From NCBI GenBank assembly GCA_014584695.1, contig JACTMI010000032.1:105265-169264 (forward strand): 64,000 nt of DNA, written 5' to 3'. Shown piece after piece: positions 30,076 to 41,032 of this stretch. Source of the stretch: Acidobacteriota bacterium. GTDB taxonomy: Bacteria > Acidobacteriota > Thermoanaerobaculia > Multivoradales > JAGPDF01. The position numbers and the translations under genes are program-made. The stretch's first letter is position 1. Each line of letters opens with the position of its first letter. A model generated the notes under the pieces. That model was not told the origin of the DNA and made no database searches. It saw only the letters and a list, made by a program, of their open reading frames with translations.

Positions 30076-31467
30076 TCAGCGCGCCGCCGCGAAGAGGTAG
30101 TCGGCGGCGAGGTGGGCGAGGGCGCGCACGCCGGTGGGTAGCGCGGCCTCGTCGACGTAGAAGCGCGGGGAGTGGTTCCCGGCGGCGCTCTCGAGCTCGG
30201 CGGGCGGCGTCACCCCGAGCTGGACGAACAGCCCGGGGACGCGCGCGGCGAAGTAGGAGAAGTCCTCCGCCGCGGTGATCTTCTGCACCTGCGCGACTCT
30301 CCCAGCCGAGACGCGCGCGAGGGTGGGCAGCATCCTCTCGACCAACGCCGGATCGTTGACCGTCGCGGGCACCTGCGGGTCGATGCGCACGGTCGCGCGC
30401 GCGCCGTGCGCCGCGGCCACCTGCTCGGCGAGCCAGACGAGATCGGCGTGGATCTCCTCCTGCATCGCCGGATCGTAGGTACGGATCGTGCCCGCGAGCC
30501 GAGCACGATCCGGGATGATGTTGTTGCGCACACCGGCCTCGAACTGTCCGACGGTGACGACCGCCGGCTCGCGCGTCAGATCGATCGACCGCGAGACGAT
30601 CGTCTGCAGGCTGGTTACGATGACGCTCGCGGCGACGATCGGATCGACGCCCAGCCACGGCTGCGAGCCGTGCGCCTGACGTCCCTCGACCACGATCTCG
30701 AAGCGGTCGGCGGCGGCGAGCATCGGCCCGCTGCGGTAGCCGAGATGGCCGCTGGGGTACTTGGCGAAGACGTGCAGCCCGAAGATGGCGTCGACCTTCG
30801 GCTGGTCGAGCACCCCCGCGGCGACCATCGCCTCCGCGCCCGCCGGACGCTCTTCTTCCGGCACTCCCTCTTCGGCGGGCTGGAAGAGCAGGACGACGCG
30901 GCCGGGGAGCTGGTCGCGCAGACCGGTGAGCACCTCCGCGGCGGCGAGCAGCATCGCGGTGTGGGCGTCGTGCCCGCAGGCGTGCATGACCGGCACCGGT
31001 TTCCCCTCGTAGTCCGAGGTCGCGCGGCTCGCGAACGGCAGGTCCACCTCCTCGCGCACCGGCAAGGCGTCCAGGTCGGCGCGCAGCGCGACCGTGGCGC
31101 CCGGCAGCGCGCCTTCGATCACCGCGACCACGCCGTGGCGCGCGATGCCGGTGCGCGGCGCGAGCCCTAGCGCGCGCAACCGCTCGGCGACGAAGCGGGA
31201 GGTCTCGACCTCGCGGTTCGACAGCTCCGGGTGCTGGTGGAGGTGCCGGCGCCACTCGATCATCCGGGTCTCGGCGGCGGCGGCCCGGCGGTCGATCTCC
31301 GCGGCGAGCGGAGAGGGCTCGAGCGCGGTCGCGGGCGCGGCGAGGGGAGCGAGACCGACACCGAGGGTGAGCAGGAGAGCTGCGAGCGGCGGGCGGGGAT
31401 CGATCAAGGGCGACTCCGGGGGCGGTCGGACATCGAGGCGCGGGACGAGGAGCGGTGTTGGCCTCAC
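30076..31467 (-). CDS. M20D-family amidohydrolase with signal peptide
   Basis: HACGHDAH metal-binding motif with M20 architecture. Confidence 0.8.
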   Translation of the reverse strand: MRPTPLLVPRLDVRPPPESPLIDPRPPLAALLLTLGVGLAPLAAPATALEPSPLAAEIDRRAAAAETRMIEWRRHLHQHPELSNREVETSRFVAERLRALGLAPRTGIARHGVVAVIEGALPGATVALRADLDALPVREEVDLPFASRATSDYEGKPVPVMHACGHDAHTAMLLAAAEVLTGLRDQLPGRVVLLFQPAEEGVPEEERPAGAEAMVAAGVLDQPKVDAIFGLHVFAKYPSGHLGYRSGPMLAAADRFEIVVEGRQAHGSQPWLGVDPIVAASVIVTSLQTIVSRSIDLTREPAVVTVGQFEAGVRNNIIPDRARLAGTIRTYDPAMQEEIHADLVWLAEQVAAAHGARATVRIDPQVPATVNDPALVERMLPTLARVSAGRVAQVQKITAAEDFSYFAARVPGLFVQLGVTPPAELESAAGNHSPRFYVDEAALPTGVRALAHLAADYLFAAAR

Positions 31468-31712
31468 GGCTCCTTCGGCGTGACGTTCTTCTCCGGTGGC
31501 TTGCCGGCCGGCGGGGCGGCGCGGGTCGTCACCTTCTCGCGCCAGAGGCCGAACAGCGCCGCGCCGAGCCCGAGCAGGATCTCGTCGATGAACGGGATGA
31601 AGTCGGGGATCAGCAGATCCAGCACGAAGAGCGCCAGGAAGACGGCGAAGGCCTGGGGGAACTTCAGGCGCGAGACGACCCGCTCGACGGCTTCGGAACC
31701 GAGCCCGGACAT
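31464..31712 (-). CDS. Small membrane protein, translationally coupled to the M20 gene
   Basis: 82 aa with a hydrophobic core. ATGA overlap with the downstream start. Confidence 0.45.
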   Translation of the reverse strand: MSGLGSEAVERVVSRLKFPQAFAVFLALFVLDLLIPDFIPFIDEILLGLGAALFGLWREKVTTRAAPPAGKPPEKNVTPKEP

Positions 31713-31721
31713 GGCAGCAGT

Positions 31722-32588
31722 CTAGTCGATGCCGGCCGCCGGGGGTGACGGCAGCAGGCCGCGGCGCGTCAGGAACTCCGCCATGCGGGTCCAGAGCTCG
31801 CCCTTACGGGCGAGCAGGCGGTGGTCGCCGTCCGGCCAGAGCACGAGCTCGACCAGGCCCGGCGCCGCGCTCTCGACGAACGCCACGACGTCGCGGGCGT
31901 CGACGCTCGCGTCCCGGCCCCCCTGGAGAATCAGCGTCGGGGTCGCGAGCTCGCGCGCGACGCGGGTGAAGTCGTGGCGGCGCAGGTCTTCGATCAGCTC
32001 CCAGCCGAGCTCGGCGTCGACCAGCTCGCTGGTGAAACGAATGCGGCCGTCGCGGCGCCAGGTTGCCATCCCGTCGGGACCGGCCCAGCGCTCGAGCGCG
32101 CCCCCCATGCCGACCGCCGGGGCGATCAGCAGACAGGCGACGACGTCGCCCGCGGCGCGGCGCCGATAGGCATGCGCGAGCGCGGTGGCGCCCCCCATCG
32201 AGGAGCCGAGTAGGACGACGCGCGAGTGGCCGCGCCCGGCCAGGAAAGCGTGGACGCGGGCGACGTCCTCGAGGTTGCGCGTGAAGGTGAGCGCGCCGAG
32301 ATCGCCGTCGGAGCCGCCGTGCCCGCGAAAGTCGAAGGAGCAGAACGGAATGCCGCGCGCCAGCGCCCGGCCACGGAAGTGCGTCGCCTTCTCGCCCGAG
32401 TGACTCGAGCCGAAGCCGTGCAGGTAGAGCAGCGCCCAATCGCTGACCACCCCGCCAACCGGCTCGCTCCACCGAACCTCGAGCGCGGGCCCCGACGCCG
32501 ATCCAGCCCTGGACCCAGATCCAGTTCCGGACCCAGTCCCAGCCCCTCCCGCCTCGAGCGGCAGCCGCAGCAGCGTCACAGGCCGCAA
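31722..32588 (-). CDS. Alpha/beta-fold hydrolase
   Basis: GSSMGG nucleophile-elbow motif. Confidence 0.7.
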   Translation of the reverse strand: MRPVTLLRLPLEAGGAGTGSGTGSGSRAGSASGPALEVRWSEPVGGVVSDWALLYLHGFGSSHSGEKATHFRGRALARGIPFCSFDFRGHGGSDGDLGALTFTRNLEDVARVHAFLAGRGHSRVVLLGSSMGGATALAHAYRRRAAGDVVACLLIAPAVGMGGALERWAGPDGMATWRRDGRIRFTSELVDAELGWELIEDLRRHDFTRVARELATPTLILQGGRDASVDARDVVAFVESAAPGLVELVLWPDGDHRLLARKGELWTRMAEFLTRRGLLPSPPAAGID

Positions 32589-32820
32589 TCTACTAGCGGA
32601 GCCGCACCATCGCAGCGTCCCCCTGCGCAGCCGCGCCCATCGCAGCCCTGACCGCGCCTCCCGAAGGAAGCCGCCCGAGAAGGAGAAAGAAGCGGAGGGC
32701 CAGGAAGCTGGAGAAGCAGGGAAGGCGAAGAAGGGCCAGGGAGAAGAAGCAGAAAAGCAGCAAAGCAGAAAAGCAGAAAACCTCCATAGAATGGGGTCGA
32801 GGCGACCGGGTCGCTCGCTG

Positions 32821-33147
32821 CTAGCCCGCGTCGCCGCTCGGCCGAGTCACCGCCGCCGCATCCTCGAGGACATCCCCTTCAATGGGCAGTTGCTTTTCGA
32901 ACCCGGCCCGCGCCGCCGCTCGGCCGAATCACCGCCGCCGCATCCTCGAGGACATCCCCTTCAATGGGCAGTTGCTTTCCGAACCCAGCTCGCGCCACCG
33001 CTTCGCCGAGCTACCGGCGCCGAGCCTTCCGAGCCATCCCCTTCTATGGGCAGTTGCCTTTCGGGCTCATCCCGCGCCAGCGCCTCGGCGAGTCACCGGC
33101 GCCGGACTTTCCGAGCCATCCCCTTCTATGGGCAGTTGCTTTTTGCA
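32821..33147. repeat. 82-bp direct tandem repeat, 4 copies (...TCACCGCCGCCGCATCCTCGAGGACATCCCCTTCAATGGGCAGTTGCTTT...)
   Basis: ATGGGCAG recurs at 32882, 32964, 33046 and 33128 (period exactly 82). Copies 1-2 are nearly identical, copies 3-4 diverged. Confidence 0.7.
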
Positions 33148-33203
33148 AGCTTGCCTTCACTCTCCGCCCCACAGAAGCTCCGCTCGCGCGGCCGCGAGGG
33201 GAG

Positions 33204-35804
33204 TCAGTGGCGGAGCTGGTCGTGGGGGCGCGGGTCGACTTCGGGGCCGTCGACGACGTCGAGTCCCGGGGCTTCCGCGGTGACGGTGGTCTCGCCACCG
33301 GGGGGGAAGGAGAGTCGCCCCTCGCGGTACCGCGCGCCGCGCAGGGCGAGCGCCAGGACCTCGCCGAGGTCCTCGACCGGATGGGTGGTGAGCCGCTCGC
33401 GCACCTCCGCCGGCAGGTCCTCGAGGTCGGCTTCGTTCTCCTTGGGCAGCACGATCTCCGAGATGCCGGCGCGCACGGCCCCCAGGACCTTCTCCTTGAG
33501 GCCGCCGATCGGCAGCACCCGCCCGGTGAGCGTGATCTCGCCGGTCATCGCGAGGTCGAAGCGCACCGGGCGCCGCGACAGCACCGAGACCACGGCAGTC
33601 GCCATCGTCACCCCGGCCGAAGGGCCGTCCTTGGGAATCGCGCCCGCCGGGACGTGGAGGTGGAGGTCCTGCTCGAACGCCTCCGGCGGGACCCCCAGCG
33701 CTTCGGAGTGGGCGCGCGCGTACGTCCAGGCGGCGCGCGCCGACTCCTTCATCACGTCGCCCAGCTGGCCGGTCAGCACCAGCTCGCCCTTGCCCTTCAT
33801 CACCGAGGCCTCGACGAACAGGATGTCGCCGCCGACCGGGGTGTAGAACATGCCGGTGGCGACGCCGACCTGATCGGCGCGCGCCGCCCGCTCGGGGTGG
33901 ACCCGCGGGCGACCGAGCAGATCGCGGGCGGTCGGCGGGTCGACCTCGATCCGCTCCACCTCCCGCGTGGCGATCTTGCGCGCCACCTTGCGCGCCAGCT
34001 TGCCCAGCTCGCGCTCGAGCTGCCGCACGCCGGCCTCGCGGGTGTAGCCCGAGATCAGCTCCGACAGCGCCGCGTCGGGGAGCTCGAGCTGCCCGGCCGA
34101 CAGGCCGTTCTCCTCGAGCTGGCGCGGGAGCAGGAAGCGACGCGCGATCTGGAGCTTCTCGGCCTCCGTGTAGCCCGAGAACTCGACCGTCTCCATCCGG
34201 TCGAGCAACGGCGCCGGGATGCTCTGGGGGTAGTTCGCGGTGGCCACGAAGAGCACCTCCGAGAGGTCGAACGGTACGCCGAGGTAGTGGTCGACGAAGC
34301 TGTCGTTCTGCGCCGGGTCGAGCACCTCGAGCAGCGCCGCCGCGGGGTCGCCCTGGAACGACACGCCCAGCTTGTCGACCTCGTCGAGCAGGAAGACCGG
34401 GTTGCGGGTGCCGGCCTGCTTCATGCCCTGCAGGATGCGGCCGGGCATGGCGCCGACATAGGTCCGCCGGTGGCCGCGGATGTCGGCCTCGTCGCGCGCG
34501 CCGCCGAGCGAGATGCGCACGTACTCGCGCCCCATCGAGCGGGCGATCGACTTGGCGATCGAGGTCTTGCCGACACCGGGCGGGCCGACGAAGAGGAGAA
34601 TCGGTCCCTTCGCCTGCCGCTTCGAGTCCGCCGCACCGGGCGCGGGTGGCGCGGGGGTCGGGGCGGCGGCGGGCTCCGTCTGGTTCGCCGCCGGCGCGCT
34701 CGCGGGCTCGGCATCGTCCGGCGCCGTCGCTGCCGGCGCCGCCTCCGCGGCCGGGTGGGTCGCCGCCTCCGCCCGGCTGGTGCGCAGCTGGCGGACGGCG
34801 AGGAACTCGAGCACGCGGTCCTTGACCTCCTCGAGGCCGAAGTGGTCCTCGGCCAGGATCCGCGCCGCCTCCTGGATGTCCAGCTTCTCTTCGCTGCGGG
34901 CGTTCCAGGGCAGCTCCGCGACCGTCTCGAGATAGGTGCGGATCACCTGCGACTCCATCGACTCGCGACCGATCCGGCGCAGCCGGCCGAGCTCGCGATC
35001 GACCTCCTTGCGCGCGGCGGCGGGCAGCTCGAGCGCCGCCAGCCGATCGGCCAGCTCGTCGGTCTCCTTGCCTTCGTCGCCCTCGCCGAGCTCCTTTTGG
35101 ATGGCGCGCATCTGCTCGCGCAGGATCGCCTCGCGCTGCCGGTCGCCCAGCTCCTCGCGGACCTTGCTCTTGATCTCCTCCTGGGCGTCGAGCACCGAGA
35201 TCTGCCGCTGGACGTGGAGCAGCACCTGCCGCAGCCGCTCCTCGACCGAGAGGGTCTCGAGCAGCCGCTGCCGCTCGGCGGTCGGCAGCTCGGCGTAAGC
35301 GGCGACGAGATCGGCGAAGCGCGCCGGATCGGTCGCGGTCGCGATCACCTGTTGGACCAGCTCCTCGGGCAGGCCGGCCCGCTTGGCGAGCTCGATCGCG
35401 CGCTCGCGGGCCTCGCGGAAGAGGGCGACGAACGCCGGGTCGCGGCTGTCGATCGGGCCGAGGTCGGCGGCGCCGACGGCGGTGGCGCGCAGGTAGCCGT
35501 CCCGCTCCTCGAGCCGCACGGCGATGCCGCGCCGCTCGCCGTGCAGCACCAGCTGCATGCCCGACAGGCTCCGTTGAACCTGGCCGAGCCGGGCGATGGT
35601 GCCGACCTGGTAGAGGCCCTCGGAGGCGACGTCGTCGACGTTCTGGCGCTGGGTGAGGACGAGCACCAGCGGATCCTGCTGGCGCAGCGCCGACTCGATG
35701 GCGCGCAGCGTGCCGGGGCGCCCCGCGCCGATCGGCATCGCGATACCGGGAAAGAGAACGGCGTCGCGCAAGGGCAACACCGGGAGGTGCAGCTGCTCGG
35801 TCAT
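33204..35804 (-). CDS. lon: ATP-dependent Lon protease
   Basis: 866 aa with Lon N-domain, Walker A (GPPGVGKTS) and C-terminal protease domain (KDGPSAGV). Confidence 0.95.
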   Translation of the reverse strand: MTEQLHLPVLPLRDAVLFPGIAMPIGAGRPGTLRAIESALRQQDPLVLVLTQRQNVDDVASEGLYQVGTIARLGQVQRSLSGMQLVLHGERRGIAVRLEERDGYLRATAVGAADLGPIDSRDPAFVALFREARERAIELAKRAGLPEELVQQVIATATDPARFADLVAAYAELPTAERQRLLETLSVEERLRQVLLHVQRQISVLDAQEEIKSKVREELGDRQREAILREQMRAIQKELGEGDEGKETDELADRLAALELPAAARKEVDRELGRLRRIGRESMESQVIRTYLETVAELPWNARSEEKLDIQEAARILAEDHFGLEEVKDRVLEFLAVRQLRTSRAEAATHPAAEAAPAATAPDDAEPASAPAANQTEPAAAPTPAPPAPGAADSKRQAKGPILLFVGPPGVGKTSIAKSIARSMGREYVRISLGGARDEADIRGHRRTYVGAMPGRILQGMKQAGTRNPVFLLDEVDKLGVSFQGDPAAALLEVLDPAQNDSFVDHYLGVPFDLSEVLFVATANYPQSIPAPLLDRMETVEFSGYTEAEKLQIARRFLLPRQLEENGLSAGQLELPDAALSELISGYTREAGVRQLERELGKLARKVARKIATREVERIEVDPPTARDLLGRPRVHPERAARADQVGVATGMFYTPVGGDILFVEASVMKGKGELVLTGQLGDVMKESARAAWTYARAHSEALGVPPEAFEQDLHLHVPAGAIPKDGPSAGVTMATAVVSVLSRRPVRFDLAMTGEITLTGRVLPIGGLKEKVLGAVRAGISEIVLPKENEADLEDLPAEVRERLTTHPVEDLGEVLALALRGARYREGRLSFPPGGETTVTAEAPGLDVVDGPEVDPRPHDQLRH

Positions 35805-35913
35805 GGCTTCTCCCGGCGGTCGGCTCCGGCGCCGAGGATCGACGTGGGCCTGCCGCCGCCCGTGAGAACCGGTGCCTCGCGGTGGAAATTCCGCGAACCT
35901 GAGCGCGCGAGGC

Positions 35914-36687
35914 TCAGAACTGCTGCACGAACAGCGCGACGGTCAGGCCGAGCCCGATCAGGACGACCGCCGCGCGTGCCCCCTGCTGCCCGATGAAGCG
36001 GCCGAAGCGCGCTCCCAGGTAGCCGCCCGCCACCGCACCCACCACCATCACCAGAGCCGCGGCGGCGTCGACCTTGCCGCCGGCGACGAAGATCGCCGCC
36101 GCCACGCCGTTGATGCAGATGCCGAAGAAGTTCTTGAGCCCGTTCATGGCGTGGATGTCGCGCAGGCCGAGCGCGCCCAGGATGGTGAGCATCAGGATGC
36201 CGATGCCGGCGCCGAAATAGCCGCCGTAGACGGCCACCCCGAGCTGCGAGGTCCAGGCGGCGCCGGAGCGCCGGGGCAGGGGGGGCGGGCCGGGCCGCTC
36301 CCGCGCGGCGACGCCGCGGCCGGAGCGGTACCACTGCGCCAGGAAGAGCAGGGTGGCGAACAGGACCAGCCAGGGCGCGAGCCGGGCGAACAGCCGATCC
36401 GGCGTCGCCAGCAGCAGGAGCGAGCCGGCGGTGCCGCCCAGCAGGCTCGGCAGCAGGAGCGTGCGCAGCCAGGCGCGGTGGGAGGCCACCTCGGCGCGGT
36501 AGCCCGCCATGCTCGCCGCGGCTCCCGGCAGCAGCGCCACCGTCGAGGTGGCGTTGGCGACGGTCGCGGGGAAGCCGAGGAAGAGCAGGGTCGGGAAGCT
36601 CAGCAGGGTACCGCCGCCGGCCAGGGCGTTCATCGCGCCGGCGCCGGCACCGGAGGCGAGCAGCGCGAGGACGTCGAGCGTGCGCAC
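35914..36687 (-). CDS. TauE/SafE (DUF81) sulfite-exporter-family membrane protein
   Basis: Duplicated 4-TM halves with Gly-rich motifs. Confidence 0.7.
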   Translation of the reverse strand: MRTLDVLALLASGAGAGAMNALAGGGTLLSFPTLLFLGFPATVANATSTVALLPGAAASMAGYRAEVASHRAWLRTLLLPSLLGGTAGSLLLLATPDRLFARLAPWLVLFATLLFLAQWYRSGRGVAARERPGPPPLPRRSGAAWTSQLGVAVYGGYFGAGIGILMLTILGALGLRDIHAMNGLKNFFGICINGVAAAIFVAGGKVDAAAALVMVVGAVAGGYLGARFGRFIGQQGARAAVVLIGLGLTVALFVQQF

Positions 36688-36719
36688 GGGCCGGGCAACG
36701 CTATCATCGCGCCGACGCG

Positions 36720-38393
36720 ATGCCCTTCCTCGTCTTCCGCAACGGAGCCCGCAAAGGGGAGCGATTCTGGTTCGAGCGCGGCGTGCTGCTCGGCCGCGGT
36801 CCGCTGGCCGATCTCGAGCTCAAGGACCCGGCGGTGTCGCGCCGCCACGCGCTGGTCTCGTGGGCGGAGAAGCGCTGCTTCGTCTCCGACCTGCAGAGCG
36901 GCAACGGCACCTACGTCAACGGCCAGCGGGTGCGGGATCCGGTGCCGATCGACGAAGGCGACGAGATCCGGGTCGGCGCCAGCATCCTCGAGTTCCGGCA
37001 GAACGTCGAGCGGGTGCGCGACCTGTCGATGATCTCGCGCATCCTGCTCGAGGACTCGAAGCCCGATCTCGCCAAGGTCACGATCTCGCGCTCGGTCGTG
37101 ATCCCGATGTCGGGCAAGCGGACGACCACCGGCAGGACCTCGCTCGCCGCCGAGCTCAAGGCGCTCCAGCAGCGGCTGGAGTTCGTCAACGAGGTCGGCA
37201 AGGCGATGGCGCGCACGATCGACGAGACGGCGCTGCTCGCCGAGGTGCTGCGCCAGGTGCTCGACATCCTGCCGCAGGCGGACCGCGCCTTCGTGGTCCT
37301 CTACGAGGAGGACACCCAGACCTTCGTGCCGCGCGTGGCCCGCACCCGCTCCGGGACGGCGACCGAGATCCCGGCCAGCCGGACGCTGCTCGAGGAAGTG
37401 GTCCGCAAGCGCCATGCGCTGCTGTCGACCGACATCGGCAAGGAGGGCGCGTTCGAGGCGGCGATGTCGGTGCGGGCGCTCGATCTGCGCTCGGTCGCCT
37501 GCGTGCCGCTGATCGCCGAGGACCGGGTCTACGGCGTGCTCCAGGTCGACAATTCGGAGCGCAGCCGGAAGTTCTCCGAAGCGGACCTGAACATCCTGGT
37601 CGGCGTCGCCGGTCCGATCGCCCTGTCGCTCGCCAATGCCCGCCTCCACCGACAGCTGCTCGACCGCGAGCTGCTCGAGCACGATCTGGCGTTGGCGCGC
37701 CGGATCCAGCTGCGCTTCCTGCCCAAGGAGCTGCCGAAGCTGCCCGGATATCGTTTCGCGGTCGAATATTCGCCCGCGCTGGCGGTCGGCGGCGACCTCT
37801 ACGACCTCGTGCCGCTGCCCGACGGACGGCTCGCCATCGCGCTGGGGGACGTCTCCGGCAAGGGCGTGTCGGGCGCGCTCATGATGGCCCGGCTGACCAG
37901 CGAGTTGCGCGCGGCGGCGGTGCGGCGGGCCTCGGCCGCGGCGGTGCTCGAGGAGCTCAACGAGGTGGTCCACGCCGAGGGCGCCGAGGGGATGTTCGTG
38001 ACCCTCCTCTTCGGCATTCTCGACCCTTCGACCGGCCGGATCGAGCTCGCCAACGCCGGACACCTGCGGCCGGTCCTGCGCCACCCCGACGGCCGCTGCG
38101 GCGAGCTGTCGATCGCGACCGGCGCCGCGCTCGGCTTCAAGCGCCCGCTCGGGGCGGCCGCCTACGCCGTGCAGCTGGGCCCAGGCGACCTGCTGGCGAC
38201 CTTCTCGGATGGCTTGACCGAGGCCGCCAATGGCGCCGGCGAGCGCTTCGAGAGCGCGCGGGTCGTCGCGGCGATGCGGGGCGCGGCGGGCTGCGACGAG
38301 GCGCTCACCGGCATTCTTCAGTCGGTGCGCCAGTTCCTGGGCGACAGCGCGGTCGACGACGACCTGACCCTGCTCTGCGTCGGCCGCAGCTGA
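36720..38393 (+). CDS. FHA-GAF-PP2C (SpoIIE-type) serine phosphatase
   Basis: N-terminal FHA (VSRRHALVSW...GNGTYVNG), central GAF-like region, C-terminal PP2C/SpoIIE (AVGGDLYD...GDVSGKGVSGA). Confidence 0.8.
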   Translation: MPFLVFRNGARKGERFWFERGVLLGRGPLADLELKDPAVSRRHALVSWAEKRCFVSDLQSGNGTYVNGQRVRDPVPIDEGDEIRVGASILEFRQNVERVRDLSMISRILLEDSKPDLAKVTISRSVVIPMSGKRTTTGRTSLAAELKALQQRLEFVNEVGKAMARTIDETALLAEVLRQVLDILPQADRAFVVLYEEDTQTFVPRVARTRSGTATEIPASRTLLEEVVRKRHALLSTDIGKEGAFEAAMSVRALDLRSVACVPLIAEDRVYGVLQVDNSERSRKFSEADLNILVGVAGPIALSLANARLHRQLLDRELLEHDLALARRIQLRFLPKELPKLPGYRFAVEYSPALAVGGDLYDLVPLPDGRLAIALGDVSGKGVSGALMMARLTSELRAAAVRRASAAAVLEELNEVVHAEGAEGMFVTLLFGILDPSTGRIELANAGHLRPVLRHPDGRCGELSIATGAALGFKRPLGAAAYAVQLGPGDLLATFSDGLTEAANGAGERFESARVVAAMRGAAGCDEALTGILQSVRQFLGDSAVDDDLTLLCVGRS

Positions 38394-38409
38394 GCCGACT
38401 GGAGGGCGG

Positions 38410-38922
38410 TCAGCGCTTCGGCCGGCCGGGATCGGGGCGGAACTTGATCAGCGCCGCCGCCAGGGCGGCACGCTCCGAGGAGCTGCCGCCGCCGATCGGC
38501 GCGCGGATCTCCTTGCGCACGCCGTCGCGGCGCGACAGCAGGTCGTCCGCCAGATGGGAGACCTTGGCCGCCTTGACGTTGGTGGCCAGCCACTCGAGCG
38601 CCGGTTCGCGCGCCGGCAGGATCGGGAACAACGCCGCGAACCCCGAGATGTCGAAGACCTCCTTGACGCTCGGGTTGAGGGCGCAGAGGGCGAGCCGGCC
38701 GCCGACGCTGGCCAGGCGCTTGCCGGTCATCAGCAGGACGCGCAGGCCGGCGCTGGTGACGAAGTCGAGCCGTCCACAGTCGACCAGGAGCTCGGTCTTG
38801 CCCCCGGCCAACGCGGCTTCGAGCGCCTTCTCGAGCTGGGGCGCGGAGCGGGTGTCGAGCTGGCCCTGGAGCGCGGCGACCAGCACTCTGCCGGCCTCCT
38901 TGACCTGGACTTCGAAGGGCAT
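38410..38922 (-). CDS. STAS-domain protein (anti-sigma-factor antagonist-like) with C-terminal extension
   Basis: MPFEVQVKEAGRVLVAALQGQLDTRSAPQLE...SAGLRVLL matches the SpoIIAA/RsbV fold. Confidence 0.65.
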   Translation of the reverse strand: MPFEVQVKEAGRVLVAALQGQLDTRSAPQLEKALEAALAGGKTELLVDCGRLDFVTSAGLRVLLMTGKRLASVGGRLALCALNPSVKEVFDISGFAALFPILPAREPALEWLATNVKAAKVSHLADDLLSRRDGVRKEIRAPIGGGSSSERAALAAALIKFRPDPGRPKR

Positions 38923-38930
38923 CGGCGGAC

Positions 38931-39749
38931 CTACTCGGCGTGGAAGACGAAGTCGACCAGCCCGAAACGGAGCCGCGCGCCGCTGGTGAGCGGGCGCTCG
39001 ACCCCGGTCGCCAGCCGATCGCCCTCGACGAAGGTGCCGTTGGCGGTGCCGACCTCCTCGCGCAGCAGGAAGGCGCCGTCGCGGTAGACGATTCGCGCGT
39101 GCCGGCGCGACAAGGAGCGCTGGGGGTCGAGCGCCGTCAGGTCGATCTCGGGCGCCTGCTGGGTGACCGGGTCGAGGCGGCCGATGACCGCGTCGCGGTC
39201 GAACGGCAGCGGCAGCTCCGCGCCGGAGGGGACGTGCACGAGGCGCGGCCGGGCGGCGGTCGCGGCCGCGGGGGCGGCCGCCGCGGGCGGCGCCACCGGC
39301 TGCAGCGTCGCCAGCTCGTGCCGGGGCGCTCCCCCCAGCACCTCCTGCGCCACCCGGTTGGCGGCCAGCGCCTCCTCCTCGTAGCGGCGCAGTCGCTGCC
39401 CGAGCCCGCGCAGCATGCGCACGGCGACTTCCGGGTACTCGCGCAGCATCTGATCGAAGGTCGAGGCGTCGACCGGCAGCAGCCGCGCATCCTTGAGGAC
39501 GCGCGCCGACGCCGAGCGCGGGCGGCTCTCGAGCATCGCCATCTCGCCGAAGAAGTCGCCGGCCTCGAGCGCCATCAGCCGCTTCTCCTCGGGACCGAAC
39601 TGCTTGACCAGCTCGACCTCGCCCTCCTGGATGATGTACATCTCCTCGCCGCGCTCGCCTTCGCGGAAGACGAAGCTGCCGGCCGGGATCGAGATCAGCA
39701 GCTTCGACTGGGTGTCGTCGCCGCCGGCGCCTGGGCGTTCGTTGACCAT
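38931..39749 (-). CDS. Cyclic-nucleotide-binding domain plus FHA domain protein
   Basis: N-terminal cNMP-binding (FGEMAML) and C-terminal FHA (SRRHARIVY...GTANGTFVEG). Confidence 0.75.
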   Translation of the reverse strand: MVNERPGAGGDDTQSKLLISIPAGSFVFREGERGEEMYIIQEGEVELVKQFGPEEKRLMALEAGDFFGEMAMLESRPRSASARVLKDARLLPVDASTFDQMLREYPEVAVRMLRGLGQRLRRYEEEALAANRVAQEVLGGAPRHELATLQPVAPPAAAAPAAATAARPRLVHVPSGAELPLPFDRDAVIGRLDPVTQQAPEIDLTALDPQRSLSRRHARIVYRDGAFLLREEVGTANGTFVEGDRLATGVERPLTSGARLRFGLVDFVFHAE

Positions 39750-39865
39750 CGGGAGTGCGCATTGTAGATTCGACGCGGAAGCGAGTAAAGCCGTCCCGTC
39801 CGCCCTGGCCGATTCGCCGCCGGGCGGGGCGGAGTCCCGCCAGGGCAGGACCCGGACGCCCGATC

Positions 39866-41005
39866 ATGCGCGCACGCACCCTCGACGCCCCCTCCGAAGT
39901 GTCTCCCTCCGGCCCGCTCTGCCCGGTGGCGGAGCGGGTACGAGCCGAATCGGTCCGCCTCTGGGGGGCCGACCGGATGGTGACGATCGTGGGGCAGTCG
40001 CGCGCCATCGAGGAGCCGCTGGAGCGGCTGCTCAAGGTGGCGCGCTTTCACGAGCCGGTCCTGCTGCTGGGCGAGAGCGGTGTCGGCAAGGAGTCGTTCG
40101 CGGCGGCCTTGCACGCGCTCGGCCCCCGCTCCGACAAGCCGTTCGTGTCGGTCAACTGCCCGCAGTATCAGGAGGGCAATCTCACCGTCTCGGAGCTCTT
40201 CGGCCACAAGCGCGGCAGCTTCACCGGCGCCACCAACGATCGCCGGGGCTGCTTCGAGACCGCCGACGGGGGCTCGATCTTCCTCGACGAGGTCGCCGAC
40301 CTGCACATGTCCGCGCAGACCATGCTGCTGCGGGCGCTGGCTAACGGCGAGTTCCAGCCACTCGGCTCGGAGGTGACGCGCAAGGTGAGCGTCCGGGTCG
40401 TCTCGGCGACCAATCGAGACCTGAACAGCCTCGCCGCCGACGAGCGCTTCCGGCGCGACCTGCTGTTCCGGCTCCGCTACTTCCAGGTCGAGATTCCGCC
40501 GCTGCGGTCGCGCGGCGACGACTGGCTGCTGCTGGCGGAGTACTTCCTGGCGCGGCTGGCTCGCCGCTACGGCGTGCGCAAGTGCCTGTCGGGGGACTCG
40601 ATCCGGCTGCTGGAGCGCTACGACTGGCCGGGCAACGTGCGCGAGCTGATCTCGGTGGCGACCGCCGGCTACGCCCTCTCGGACGGCGACCGGATCGAAC
40701 CGCGCGATTTCGTCGATCACCTCGAGCAGGAGAACCGGCCGCGCGGTTCCGAGGTCGACGACCTCTACCGCCGGCTCTGCCGCGAGAGCGGCGATTTCTG
40801 GCAGCTGGTGCAGGAGCCCTTCCTCGACCGCGAGCTGTCGCGGCGCGAGGTGCGGACGCTGGTCGCCCGCGGCCTGCGCGAGTCGCGCGGCAGCTATCGC
40901 CGGCTGCTCGAGGTCTGGAAGATCCCCGCCGAGACCTACCAGAAGTTCATGGACTTCCTGCGCCACCATCGCCTCAAGCCGAGCAACCTGGAAGACGAGA
41001 ACTGA
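39866..41005 (+). CDS. Sigma-54-dependent transcriptional activator with no receiver or sensory domain (PspF-like)
   Basis: GESGVGKE Walker A, ELFGHKRGSFTGA (GAFTGA variant), RELISV. Only ~35 aa precede the AAA+ core. Confidence 0.8.
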   Translation: MRARTLDAPSEVSPSGPLCPVAERVRAESVRLWGADRMVTIVGQSRAIEEPLERLLKVARFHEPVLLLGESGVGKESFAAALHALGPRSDKPFVSVNCPQYQEGNLTVSELFGHKRGSFTGATNDRRGCFETADGGSIFLDEVADLHMSAQTMLLRALANGEFQPLGSEVTRKVSVRVVSATNRDLNSLAADERFRRDLLFRLRYFQVEIPPLRSRGDDWLLLAEYFLARLARRYGVRKCLSGDSIRLLERYDWPGNVRELISVATAGYALSDGDRIEPRDFVDHLEQENRPRGSEVDDLYRRLCRESGDFWQLVQEPFLDRELSRREVRTLVARGLRESRGSYRRLLEVWKIPAETYQKFMDFLRHHRLKPSNLEDEN

Positions 41006-41032
41006 CCCTCCCGGTCGGGTAGAGTCCGGGCC

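Noticed and set aside
32821-33147. CRISPR array interpretation of the 82-bp and 49-bp tandem repeats (also 5651-5801)
   Set aside because: The units are directly adjacent with no unique spacers, the copies are diverged rather than identical, and there are no cas genes nearby.
32791-33846. ORFs beginning MGS... initiated inside each 82-bp repeat unit
   Set aside because: The Met codon is just the ATGGGCAG of each repeat. The translations are repeat-derived and run antisense into lon.
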